DNA of 64,000 nucleotides from an uncultured Bacteroidia bacterium. Lineage in GTDB: Bacteria; Bacteroidota; Bacteroidia; Bacteroidales; F082. Positions 1-7,799 of the stretch are shown here, piece by piece. The stretch is taken from contig CACZQL010000019.1 of NCBI GenBank assembly GCA_902783365.1, positions 1,261-65,260 of the forward strand. The letters are read 5' to 3'. The translations under genes were made by a program, and so were the position numbers. Below the pieces are notes generated by a model. That model ran no database searches, was not told the DNA's origin, and saw only the letters and a program-made list of their open reading frames with translations. Within the stretch, counting starts at the first letter, position 1. The number at the start of each line of letters is the position of its first letter.

Positions 1-1
1 C

Positions 2-1120
2 TCCCTCCTCAAGGTGATGCTCACCAACAGCTGCATGTACGACTGCGCCTACTGCGTCAACCGCCGCTCCAACGACATCCCAAGGGCAACCCTCTCCGTC
101 ACCGAACTGGTGGACATCACTATGGAGTTCTACCGCCGCAACTACATCGAAGGCCTCTTCCTCTCAAGCGGCGTGGTGCGTAACCCCGACTACACCATGG
201 AACGCCTCGTGGCCATCGTCCGGGAGCTCCGCACCCGCCAACGCTTCAACGGCTACATCCATCTGAAAAGCATCCCCGGCGCCTCCCCCGAACTGCTCGC
301 CGAGGCAGGACGCTACGCCGACCGAATGAGCGTCAACATCGAAATCCCCAAAGAGGAGTCGCTGAAACTGCTTGCCCCCGAGAAAGACCACCAAAGCGTG
401 TTCCAACCGATGAAACGCATCCAACAGGGAGTGATAGAGAATAGGGAAGACCGCCGCCACCTCCGCCACGCGCCACGTTTTGTGCCTGCGGGACAATCCA
501 CCCAGATGATCGTGGGAGCGACCAAGGAAACGGACCGCGACATCCTCACCATGTCGTCGATGCTCTACGCCCAGCCCACCATGCGACGGGTGTATTATTC
601 GGGCTACATCAGCGTGAACACCTACGACCCGCGCCTGCCGGTGCTCAAACAGCCGCCCCTGGTGCGCGAGAACCGCCTCTACCAGGCCGACTGGCTGCTG
701 CGTTTCTATCATTTCAAGGTGGAGGAGATCGTGGACGACCAGACACCCGACCTCGACCTGGAGATCGACCCGAAGCTGGCTTGGGCGTTGCGCCACCCCG
801 AGGTCTTTCCCGTGGATGTGAACAAGGCAGACTACGAGATGCTGCTGCGGGTGCCGGGCCTCGGCGTGAAGTCGGCGACGCTCATCGTGAACGCGCGCCG
901 TTACGGAAACCTCTCGTCGTTCGACCTGAAGAAGATGGGCGTGGTGATGAAAAAAGCCAAGTATTTCATCACCTGCCACGAACTCGCCTCGCCGCTTCCT
1001 GGGGCCATGCCCGGCATCAACGAGTTGCGGCCTGAGCGTCTGCGCGCCCTGCTGGTCTCTCCCCAGGAACGCAAGATGGCCGAGAAGGAACAACAACTTT
1101 CCATAGACTTCGGCGTATGA
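2..1120 (+). CDS. Radical SAM protein, putative DNA modification/repair family (N-terminus lies upstream of the window)
   Basis: The frame is open from base 2 (SLLKVMLTNSCMYDCAYCVNR...). It has a CxxxCxxC radical-SAM cluster motif and a C-terminal HhH-like LLRVPGLGVKSA. Its stop overlaps the next start (ATGA at 1117-1120). The family call (TIGR03916-like) is from memory and was not searched. Confidence 0.8.
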   Translation, partial: SLLKVMLTNSCMYDCAYCVNRRSNDIPRATLSVTELVDITMEFYRRNYIEGLFLSSGVVRNPDYTMERLVAIVRELRTRQRFNGYIHLKSIPGASPELLAEAGRYADRMSVNIEIPKEESLKLLAPEKDHQSVFQPMKRIQQGVIENREDRRHLRHAPRFVPAGQSTQMIVGATKETDRDILTMSSMLYAQPTMRRVYYSGYISVNTYDPRLPVLKQPPLVRENRLYQADWLLRFYHFKVEEIVDDQTPDLDLEIDPKLAWALRHPEVFPVDVNKADYEMLLRVPGLGVKSATLIVNARRYGNLSSFDLKKMGVVMKKAKYFITCHELASPLPGAMPGINELRPERLRALLVSPQERKMAEKEQQLSIDFGV

Positions 1121-1899
1121 CGTTTTACACTTTCGACGGGACTTTGGACGGCCTGTTGACGGCTGTTTTCGACGCCTTCGAGCGGCATGAGGCGCCCGAG
1201 AAGCTTCTGGCCGCGGGCGATATGCTGCCTCTGTTCTGCGAACAGGTCCACGAGGTGGTTACCGACGAGGCCAAGGCCAAACGGGTATGGGCGGGACTGG
1301 AGAAAAGGCTGTCGCGGGAGGCCTTGCGGATGATCTCGGTGAGCTGGCTCTCGGAGCTGCCGGAGCTGGCCAACCCCTTGTTCGGCTATGTGTGCAAGAC
1401 CTTCCGTCAACCTGCTGGGGTGAGCATCGAGCGTAACTTTGCCGACCCCGACGTGCTGGCCGTGACCAACATCGCCCGGAAGGTGCTGCACGAGCAGCTG
1501 CGCATGAAGCAGTTCATCCGCTTCCAGAAAGCCAATGACGGCACCTACCTCGCAGTCGTGGCCCCCGACCACAATGTGGTGCCGCTTGTCATCACGCATT
1601 TCGCTGACCGTTTCAACGACCAGCCTTGGCTCATCTACGACGCCAAGCGGCATTATGGCTATTATCACGAGGGTGGGGGAGCCCCCGTCAGGGTCACTTT
1701 CGAGGACGAGTCCGCCGTGCCTTTCAACCTCGCCGACGGCAAGCTCAGCGACGAGGCGCTGAGCGCTGACGACCATCTCATGCAGGAGCTGTGGCGCACC
1801 TACTTCAAGGCCATCTGCATCCGTGAGCGCATGAATCCCCGCAAACAACTCAAGGACATGCCCCGGAGGTACTGGAAGTTCATGACCGAGAAGCAATGA
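1117..1899 (+). CDS. DUF4130/TIGR03915-type probable DNA metabolism protein (usual partner of the radical SAM gene)
   Basis: 260-aa ORF translationally coupled to the radical SAM gene. The pairing and size match the conserved two-gene cassette as I remember it. I recognised no catalytic motif. Confidence 0.65.
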   Translation: MTFYTFDGTLDGLLTAVFDAFERHEAPEKLLAAGDMLPLFCEQVHEVVTDEAKAKRVWAGLEKRLSREALRMISVSWLSELPELANPLFGYVCKTFRQPAGVSIERNFADPDVLAVTNIARKVLHEQLRMKQFIRFQKANDGTYLAVVAPDHNVVPLVITHFADRFNDQPWLIYDAKRHYGYYHEGGGAPVRVTFEDESAVPFNLADGKLSDEALSADDHLMQELWRTYFKAICIRERMNPRKQLKDMPRRYWKFMTEKQ

Positions 1900-1938
1900 A
1901 TATCTAGATTTATACAAGTCAGATTCCCCTAAAATTCA

Positions 1939-1946
1939 TACCTTTG
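1939..1946 (+). promoter_or_regulatory. Bacteroidota -7 promoter box TACCTTTG (TAnnTTTG)
   Basis: Exact TAnnTTTG match 16 nt upstream of the ATG at 1962. It lies inside the TTG-extended ORF, which argues for the ATG start. Confidence 0.5.
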
Positions 1947-1961
1947 CCAAAAATTTCCGTT

Positions 1962-2735
1962 ATGAATCCCTTCAACGTTACCATCCTGGGTTGCGGCAGT
2001 GCCTTGCCCACCGAAAGGCATTATTGCTCCTCGCAAGTTGTCAACCACCACGGGAACCTCTTCATGGTCGATTGCGGCGAGGGCGCGCACTACCAGTTCC
2101 AACGCAACCACCTTCATGAGTCGAAACTCAACCATATCTTTATCAGTCATCTTCATGCAGACCATTGTCTGGGCCTGACGGGTGTCCTTGTCGCCTACGC
2201 CCTCAAACGGCGCACCGCCGACCTTCATGTGTATGCCCCCGCTGAGTTCGAGGGAATGCTCTACCGTCAGTTCGAGTTCTATGCCTCCAACGCCACCTAC
2301 CGGCTGGTGTTCCATCCCATCGAAGGCTCACAAACGACCACCCTCTATGAGGATGGTCATCTTTCCGTGCAGGCGTTTCCCCTGGAACATAAGGTGCCTT
2401 GCTACGGTTTCCTCTTCCAGGCGGATGGCCATGGCTACGCCTATTGCTCCGACACCAAGCGCATCGCCCCGCCCACCGAGGCGCTCTATGGGGTGGACCT
2501 GCTCTATCATGAGGCTACCTACGCCGACTCGGAAGCGAATCTTGCCGCAACCATGTACCATGCCACGGCGCGTCATGCGGCGCAATTCGCCCGCGAGATT
2601 CAAGCCAAAAAACTGATTATCGGTCATCCTTCCTCCCGCTACAGGGATGAGTCCATTTTGTTGAAAGAGGCTCATGAGGTGTTCCCTAACACGATTTTAG
2701 CCGAGGAAAACCTGTGTGTTGCAGTTGGCGGTTAG
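1962..2735 (+). CDS. rnz: MBL-fold metallo-hydrolase, RNase Z-like (short form, 257 aa)
   Basis: N-terminal ILGCGSALPT, FMVDCGEGA and the HxHxDH motif ISHLHADHCLGL resemble Bacteroidales RNase Z. I chose the ATG at 1962 over the TTG at 1944. The last codons and the stop lie inside a CAGTTGG heptamer array. Confidence 0.7.
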   Translation: MNPFNVTILGCGSALPTERHYCSSQVVNHHGNLFMVDCGEGAHYQFQRNHLHESKLNHIFISHLHADHCLGLTGVLVAYALKRRTADLHVYAPAEFEGMLYRQFEFYASNATYRLVFHPIEGSQTTTLYEDGHLSVQAFPLEHKVPCYGFLFQADGHGYAYCSDTKRIAPPTEALYGVDLLYHEATYADSEANLAATMYHATARHAAQFAREIQAKKLIIGHPSSRYRDESILLKEAHEVFPNTILAEENLCVAVGG

Positions 2736-2827
2736 CAGTTGGCAGTTAGCAGTTGTTCAGTTGTTCAGTTGGCAGTTGTTCAGTTGGCAGTTGGCAGTTG
2801 GGAGTTAGCAGTTGGCGGTTGGCAGTT
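2722..2827 (+). repeat. Tandem array of about 15 units of CAGTTGG/CAGTTAG/CGGTTAG (7-8 nt)
   Basis: Read directly from the sequence. The array starts inside the rnz coding sequence and supplies its stop codon (TAG at 2733-2735). Confidence 0.95.
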
Positions 2828-2838
2828 CTTAAGGGGCG

Positions 2839-2932
2839 CCCCGATAGGGCGCGGCGCGGGATGAACGTCTCTCATGACTATGTGGAGTGCCGGAGGCACG
2901 ACATCCTCGTAGCCCCGCACGTCAGTGTGGGG
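2839..2932 (+). repeat. Copy 1 of an intergenic element of about 95 nt (CCCGATAGGGCG ... CATGACTATGTGGAGTGCCGGAGGCACGACATCCTCGTAGCCCCGCACGTCAGTGTGGGG)
   Basis: The 60-nt core at 2873-2932 matches 4955-5014 at 58 of 60 positions by my alignment. It is preceded by the palindrome GGGGCGCCCC (2833-2842). Confidence 0.9.
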
Positions 2933-3020
2933 TTGGGTCGTGTTGGGTCGTGTCATGTTGTGTTGGGTCGTGTCGTGTTGTGTTGGGTCGTGTTGGGTCG
3001 TGTTGGGTCGTGTTGGGTCG
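2931..3020 (+). repeat. Decamer tandem array (TGTTGGGTCG x7 plus two variant units)
   Basis: Nine consecutive 10-nt units in exact 10-nt register, read directly from the sequence. Confidence 0.95.
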
Positions 3021-3023
3021 TGG

Positions 3024-3056
3024 CAGTTGGCAGTTAGCGGTTGGCCGTTGGCGGTT
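3024..3056 (+). repeat. Second short heptamer array (CAGTTGG CAGTTAG CGGTTGG CCGTTGG CGGTT)
   Basis: Read directly. It is followed by TTCTCAAGGGGCGCCCCGATAGGGG, the same junction that follows the array at 2722-2827. Confidence 0.9.
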
Positions 3057-3093
3057 CTCAAGGGGCGCCCCGATAGGGGCAACGAGCCAATAG

Positions 3094-3112
3094 CCCAGGG
3101 CAACGCCCTGGG
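3094..3112. other. GC-rich REP-like hairpin CCCAGGGC-aac-GCCCTGGG
   Basis: Perfect 8-bp inverted repeat with a 3-nt loop. A second small hairpin, GCCCT-gca-AGGGC, lies about 35 nt downstream. Confidence 0.6.
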
Positions 3113-3220
3113 TTCCAGAAGGATGTTGGGGGAAACGCCCTGCAAGGGCAAAAGCCTTATTCTCCACTAGCGAAACTTGAATAAATTTCACTGGACCAAG
3201 CGCCATTGAATTTTCTTTTG

Positions 3221-3228
3221 TATATTTG
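3221..3228 (+). promoter_or_regulatory. Bacteroidota -7 promoter box TATATTTG
   Basis: TAnnTTTG match 22 nt upstream of the ATG at 3250. Confidence 0.5.
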
Positions 3229-3249
3229 CACCATTAAAATGCCATTGTC

Positions 3250-4839
3250 ATGCAAACAAGAAAATACCCCATCGGCATCCAGACCTTTGAGAGAATAAGG
3301 AAAGAAAAATACCTTTATATTGACAAAACGGACTTGGTTTGGAAGTTGACCAAGGAAAGCCCGTATGTTTTTCTCAGCCGTCCGCGCCGGTTCGGAAAAA
3401 GCCTTCTTTCCACCACCTTGGATTCCTATTTCCAAGGTCGCAAAGAGCTATTTGAGGGATTGAAAATCATGGAATTGGAGAAGGAATGGGAAGATTATCC
3501 TGTCATCCATTTGGATTTGAGCGACGCAAAAAACCAACAGTCAGCCGAAGAACTGCGGCAAGCGCTTTTGCTCCTGCTGAAGCCCCTTGCGGCAAAATTC
3601 GGACGCGATGAAGACGAGAAGCTGCCAGGAGCATTGTTGAAAGGCCTCATCCGACGCGCCTACGAGATGACGGGCAAACAAGTGGCCATCGTTATCGACG
3701 AGTACGACGCTCCTCTTTTGGACGTGCTTCACGACGTGCGGCTGAAGGAATTCCGTGTCGTGATGCAGGAGTTCTACCAGCCACTGAAAGCCAGCGAGGC
3801 GATGGTCAAGTTCTGCTTCATCACGGGCATCACCAAGTTCAGCCAGCTGAGCATCTTTTCGACCATCAACAACCTGATGAACGTCTCGATGGACCCGCGT
3901 TATGCGGCTATCTGCGGCATCACCGAGGAGGAACTCACGAAGGACATGGCCCCTGACATCGCCCTGTTGGCGGAGGCCTACGAATGCACGTCCGAAGAGA
4001 TGCACGCCAAACTGAAACAACAGTATGATGGCTATCGGTTTTCAAAGCAGTCCCCCGACATCTACAATCCGTTCAGCCTGCTGAAATGCTTCAAGCATCA
4101 AGATGTTGCCAACTATTGGTTCGAGAGCGGGACACCGACGTTCCTCATCCGTCAGATGCAGCATTTCAGAACGGATATCATGGCAATGGAACGCATCGAG
4201 GCTTCGGCCTCCTCTTTCGACCGCCCCACCGAGGCTATGGAAAACGCCCTGCCATTGCTTTACCAGAGTGGGTACATCACTATTAAGGAATATGACCGCG
4301 AAACCGAATCTTACATTTTGTCAATTCCCAACAAGGAAGTACGGGTTGGACTGATCGATGGCTTGATTCCCGCTTATACCGGCTTGGGCGGCAGTTTGGT
4401 CAGGGATGGCTTTGCCTTGAAGTTTTACCGCGCTCTAAGGAAGGAGGATATGGAGACTGCGTTGAACGAGCTGAAGGCATTCTTGGCGGGGGTTCCCTAC
4501 GTGGAGGGTTTCAAAAAGAAGCTGGAGGACGCCTCCTTCTCGGAAGGCTTCTATGAATACACCTTCTGGTTGATATTCAACATGCTGAACGTGTATGCAC
4601 AGACGCAGGTGAAGTGCCATGGAGGCCGCATCGACTTCGTGGTTCAGATGCCCGAAACGACCTACGTGTTCGAGCTGAAGGTGAACGGCACGGCCCAGGA
4701 GGCCATGGACCAAATCAACAGCAAAGGCTACGCGTTGCCTTACCAGACCGAGGGTCGCAAGGTCGTCAAGGTCGGCGTCCAGTTCGACCGCGACACGATG
4801 ACCGTCGGGGAATACCTGTGCGTTGCAGTTGGCAGTTGA
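3250..4839 (+). CDS. AAA-ATPase-like protein with a C-terminal PD-(D/E)XK nuclease-type domain (multi-copy Bacteroidales family)
   Basis: The N-terminus YPIGIQTFERIRKEKYLYIDKT...FLSRPRRFGKSL is the signature of the 'predicted AAA-ATPase' family as I remember it. The C-terminal GRIDFVVQ...YVFELK is PD-(D/E)XK-like. The last six codons lie in a heptamer array. Confidence 0.8.
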   Translation: MQTRKYPIGIQTFERIRKEKYLYIDKTDLVWKLTKESPYVFLSRPRRFGKSLLSTTLDSYFQGRKELFEGLKIMELEKEWEDYPVIHLDLSDAKNQQSAEELRQALLLLLKPLAAKFGRDEDEKLPGALLKGLIRRAYEMTGKQVAIVIDEYDAPLLDVLHDVRLKEFRVVMQEFYQPLKASEAMVKFCFITGITKFSQLSIFSTINNLMNVSMDPRYAAICGITEEELTKDMAPDIALLAEAYECTSEEMHAKLKQQYDGYRFSKQSPDIYNPFSLLKCFKHQDVANYWFESGTPTFLIRQMQHFRTDIMAMERIEASASSFDRPTEAMENALPLLYQSGYITIKEYDRETESYILSIPNKEVRVGLIDGLIPAYTGLGGSLVRDGFALKFYRALRKEDMETALNELKAFLAGVPYVEGFKKKLEDASFSEGFYEYTFWLIFNMLNVYAQTQVKCHGGRIDFVVQMPETTYVFELKVNGTAQEAMDQINSKGYALPYQTEGRKVVKVGVQFDRDTMTVGEYLCVAVGS

Positions 4840-4907
4840 TCAGTTGATCAGTTAATCAGTTAATCAGTTAATCAGTTGGCAGTTAACAGTTGGCAGTTAA
4901 CAGTTAG
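4826..4907 (+). repeat. Tandem array of CAGTTGG / CAGTTGAT / CAGTTAAT / CAGTTAA units (11 units)
   Basis: Read directly. It overlaps the last codons and the stop (TGA at 4837-4839) of the AAA-ATPase gene. Confidence 0.95.
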
Positions 4908-4921
4908 CACTCCCACACAAG

Positions 4922-5014
4922 CCCGATAGGGCGTAGTATGGGGTGAACCCATCCCATGACTATATGGAGTGCCGAAGGCACGACATCCTCGTAGCCCCGC
5001 ACGTCAGTGTGGGG
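4922..5014 (+). repeat. Copy 2 of the intergenic element of about 95 nt
   Basis: CCCGATAGGGCG, then GGGGTGAAC, then the 60-nt core at 4955-5014 (58/60 identical to 2873-2932). Confidence 0.9.
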
Positions 5015-5020
5015 GGGGGC

Positions 5021-5041
5021 GCAAAAAACGCCACGATGGCG
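5021..5041 (-). terminator. Weak hairpin plus T-run (minus strand: CGCCA-tcg-TGGCG TTTTTT). A second copy of the hairpin lies at 5084-5096.
   Basis: 5-bp stem with a 3-nt loop, followed by six T on the minus strand. It lies downstream of the S8 gene stop. The stem is short, so confidence is low. Confidence 0.3.
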
Positions 5042-5108
5042 CAAAAACGCCACGTTGACCAAACGTCACGTTAACGTATTAATCGCCACGATGGCGTATG
5101 TGGGGTTA

Positions 5109-7691
5109 TTAGTGAGAGATTTTGGTAGTGAAGCTGCCGCTCTCCGAAACGATGTTGAGGAGATACATCCCTGAGGGGAGGGCCTCCAAAGGCAATACCG
5201 TTACGGAGGTGGTGACTTCGGTGTCATAGACCACCTGGCCCAAGAGGTTAGTCAAGGTCACACGCCGGAGACCGTCGCACTCCACCGTGACCTGGCTCAT
5301 GGCGGGATTGGGATACACCTTCACCTCGGCATCCGTTGCCTCTGACAGGGCCATGTAATCCTTGTCCAGACACTCCGACCAGGCAATGTGGGCACCGCCA
5401 TCGGCACTCACACCGTATTTGTATTGGCCGATGGGCAAGGCCTCCCAGCCGAGATCGACGTAGGTGGTCTCGGTGACGTCCGATGCCACCAGCACCAGGT
5501 TGGAACCGTCGCAGTCGGCGCGATAGAGGTTGTAGGGATTGCCCACCGTGATGTCGTCAATGTAGAAGGCGTTCTCATACTCACCCTCGGCGAGCTGGTT
5601 GGCGTATTTCCATTCAAGGATGTGATTGCCGGCACTTAACGGGAAAGAGTAACGGGTCCAAGGAACGAGATCCTTGATGGTCTCACCCATCTGGATGTTG
5701 TCGATGAAGAAGCCGCCGCCGTTCAAGGGGAAGCAGCTGATCTTGGCGTAATAGCTGACCATGCAGGTGGCGGCCACGTTCACGGCCAGCGAGATCTTGC
5801 TTGTGGTGAACATCCCGGTGTTGGTCGATTTGGCGCAATACGTGCCGTTGTGGGGCTCTGAGGTGCTGATGACCCAGGGATAGGTCTGGTCGATCAGCCA
5901 CATGTTTTGGTAGAAGTCGCCCGACTCGAAGCCGTCGGCCAGTCCGGCGGGCATGTTCCACGACAGGACGACACGGGCGTTGTTGATGACCTGAGTCTCC
6001 ACCACCACAGGCTTCTCCACCGTCACGTAGTTGGAGGGGAGGGAAGTGAGGCCGTTGTCGAGGGTGGCGGTGACGTAATAGGTGTAGCTGCCGCCGTAGT
6101 TGAGATGGTCGTAATAGCTGGTCTCGGTGAGGTTGTTGGCGATGCGGATGTCGTCGCGATAGACCTGATAGCTGACGCCTTCGGGGGCGGCTTCCCAGTG
6201 CAGGGCCACCTCATAGACGTCGTAGCTGGCGGTGAGTTGGGTGGGGCCGTGGTGGAACAGGGCGTCCATGGCAGCCAAGGCGTCGATGCGTCCGGTGCCC
6301 ACACGGTTGTTCTTCGAGCTGTTGCCGATCTTGACGGCGGTCAGCTCCACGATGGAGTCCAGCTGGGCGGGTGTCAGGCTGGGGTCGGCTTCAAGAAGCA
6401 GGGCCATGACGCCGGCGGCGCAGGGGGTGGCCATCGAGGTGCCGTCGTATTCGATGTAGCCGTTGTTGGTGGCGTAGTTGAGCGAGGTGATGTTGGAGCC
6501 GGGGGCCGACACGTCGGGGCGGATCAGTCCGGGCTGGGTGGCGTCGCCGTTCTCGTAGGGATAGTCGTTGTAGTCGCCGATATAGTCGCCGTAGGCCCAG
6601 GTCACGGGACCCACGGAGGAGAAGTCGGAATGCTCGTCGTTGCGGTCGGTGGCGCCGATGCTGATGACGGCGGAGAGACCTCCGGTGATGAGACGGCGCT
6701 GGTCGGGATGGAGCCAGGGCGGAGGGCAGTTGCCGGGAGCCCCGATATTGAAGGGGATGGGCTGGGCGTATTGGGTCTGGCCTTCGTTGCTGGCGGCCAC
6801 CGCGGCGGCCACGCCGGCGTCGAGGCAGGTGACGAACACGTCGCGGTAGATGGCGTAGCCTCCGATGCCGGCAATGCTGAGCGACATGCTGAGGAGGTCG
6901 GCGCCGTGCTCCAAGGCGAACTCGATGCCCGTGATGGCGTCGGTGTCGGAACCCTCTCCGGCATCGTTGATGACCTTGATGGCCATGACTTTGGCTCCGG
7001 GGGCGATGCCCGTCACCGTGCCGGCAGCGCCTTGTCCGGCCAGGATGCCGGCGGTATGGGTGCCGTGACCATGGTCGTCCATGGGGTCATTGTCGTTGTT
7101 CACAATGTCGATGCCATGATGTGGGAACTCGGAACCTCCGTCCCACATGCTGTTGGCGATGTCGATATGGTTGTAGTTGACACCGGAGTCGATATGGCCG
7201 ACCACGATGCCGTCGCCGGTATAGCCGTTGCCGTTGTAGCTCCACACCTCGGGGGCGTGTACCTGGGGCACTTGCCAGGCCATGTCCTTGGCGGTGGTGG
7301 GACGGGGTTTCTCGTTGGCGGGGGCCATGCACTTCTTCGCGTCGGGCATCACGGCAGCCACGTCCTTCCGGGCCTGGAGCATGGCGATGGCCTCAGCACT
7401 GGCGTCGCAACTGAAACCGTTGAAACTCCAGAAAGTCCTTATCGACTCCACGTCGAGACCGTCGAGGGATTGCAGCACAGCCTGCTGCGAGGCTTGGCAG
7501 AAGGCTTTCCGCTCGTCGATGACAAACTGTCGTCGTTGTGACTTATTCATAAACATTGTTTTTGAAGCAATATTTGTGTTGTCATATTGCTGGCTCATCA
7601 CTACGATAACGGGGGAGAGCGCTTTTTCTTGGCTGAAGGCCGTGCCGAGGCAGAGGCTCATCAGCAGGGTAAGGAGGGTATATCTTCTCAT
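5109..7691 (-). CDS. S8 family serine peptidase (subtilase) with I9-like propeptide, jelly-roll accessory domain and T9SS C-terminal sorting domain
   Basis: Signal peptide MRRYTLLTLLMSLCLGTAFSQ. Catalytic motifs GHIDSGV (Asp), HGTHTAG (His) and GTSMATP (Ser). The C-terminus KVYPNPA...GMYLLNIVSESG...KISH is a typical T9SS CTD (about 5112-5325). Confidence 0.9.
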   Translation of the reverse strand: MRRYTLLTLLMSLCLGTAFSQEKALSPVIVVMSQQYDNTNIASKTMFMNKSQRRQFVIDERKAFCQASQQAVLQSLDGLDVESIRTFWSFNGFSCDASAEAIAMLQARKDVAAVMPDAKKCMAPANEKPRPTTAKDMAWQVPQVHAPEVWSYNGNGYTGDGIVVGHIDSGVNYNHIDIANSMWDGGSEFPHHGIDIVNNDNDPMDDHGHGTHTAGILAGQGAAGTVTGIAPGAKVMAIKVINDAGEGSDTDAITGIEFALEHGADLLSMSLSIAGIGGYAIYRDVFVTCLDAGVAAAVAASNEGQTQYAQPIPFNIGAPGNCPPPWLHPDQRRLITGGLSAVISIGATDRNDEHSDFSSVGPVTWAYGDYIGDYNDYPYENGDATQPGLIRPDVSAPGSNITSLNYATNNGYIEYDGTSMATPCAAGVMALLLEADPSLTPAQLDSIVELTAVKIGNSSKNNRVGTGRIDALAAMDALFHHGPTQLTASYDVYEVALHWEAAPEGVSYQVYRDDIRIANNLTETSYYDHLNYGGSYTYYVTATLDNGLTSLPSNYVTVEKPVVVETQVINNARVVLSWNMPAGLADGFESGDFYQNMWLIDQTYPWVISTSEPHNGTYCAKSTNTGMFTTSKISLAVNVAATCMVSYYAKISCFPLNGGGFFIDNIQMGETIKDLVPWTRYSFPLSAGNHILEWKYANQLAEGEYENAFYIDDITVGNPYNLYRADCDGSNLVLVASDVTETTYVDLGWEALPIGQYKYGVSADGGAHIAWSECLDKDYMALSEATDAEVKVYPNPAMSQVTVECDGLRRVTLTNLLGQVVYDTEVTTSVTVLPLEALPSGMYLLNIVSESGSFTTKISH

Positions 7692-7711
7692 TTCAATAGG
7701 GTTTGGAGCTG

Positions 7712-7719
7712 CAAAGTTA
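7712..7719 (-). promoter_or_regulatory. Bacteroidota -7 promoter box TAACTTTG (minus strand)
   Basis: The reverse complement of CAAAGTTA, 21 nt upstream of the S8 ATG at 7691. Confidence 0.5.
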
Positions 7720-7799
7720 AGAATTATTGGATTTCAATCCATACTATAAAACACCAATTTTTCCTTATATTTCGGATTATATGGAGTGATTACTATCAT

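Noticed and set aside
2722-3056. A possible CRISPR array, suggested by the regularly repeated short units.
   Set aside because: The units are contiguous 7-10-mers with no unique spacers, there is no repeat of 25-40 nt, and there are no cas genes in the window.
2753-3206. Small ORFs (68-123 aa) running through the heptamer and decamer arrays on both strands.
   Set aside because: Their translations are just iterated repeat units (SWQLAV..., VLGRVG..., TQHDPT...). They are artefacts of tandem DNA repeats, not genes.
7775-7790. An 11-nt match (TATATGGAGTG) to the start of the 60-nt repeat core, right at the left edge of the AT-rich islet. This hints that the islet inserted into a copy of that element.
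   Set aside because: An 11-mer match to a 60-nt query is expected roughly once by chance in 64 kb on two strands. No further similarity extends on either side.
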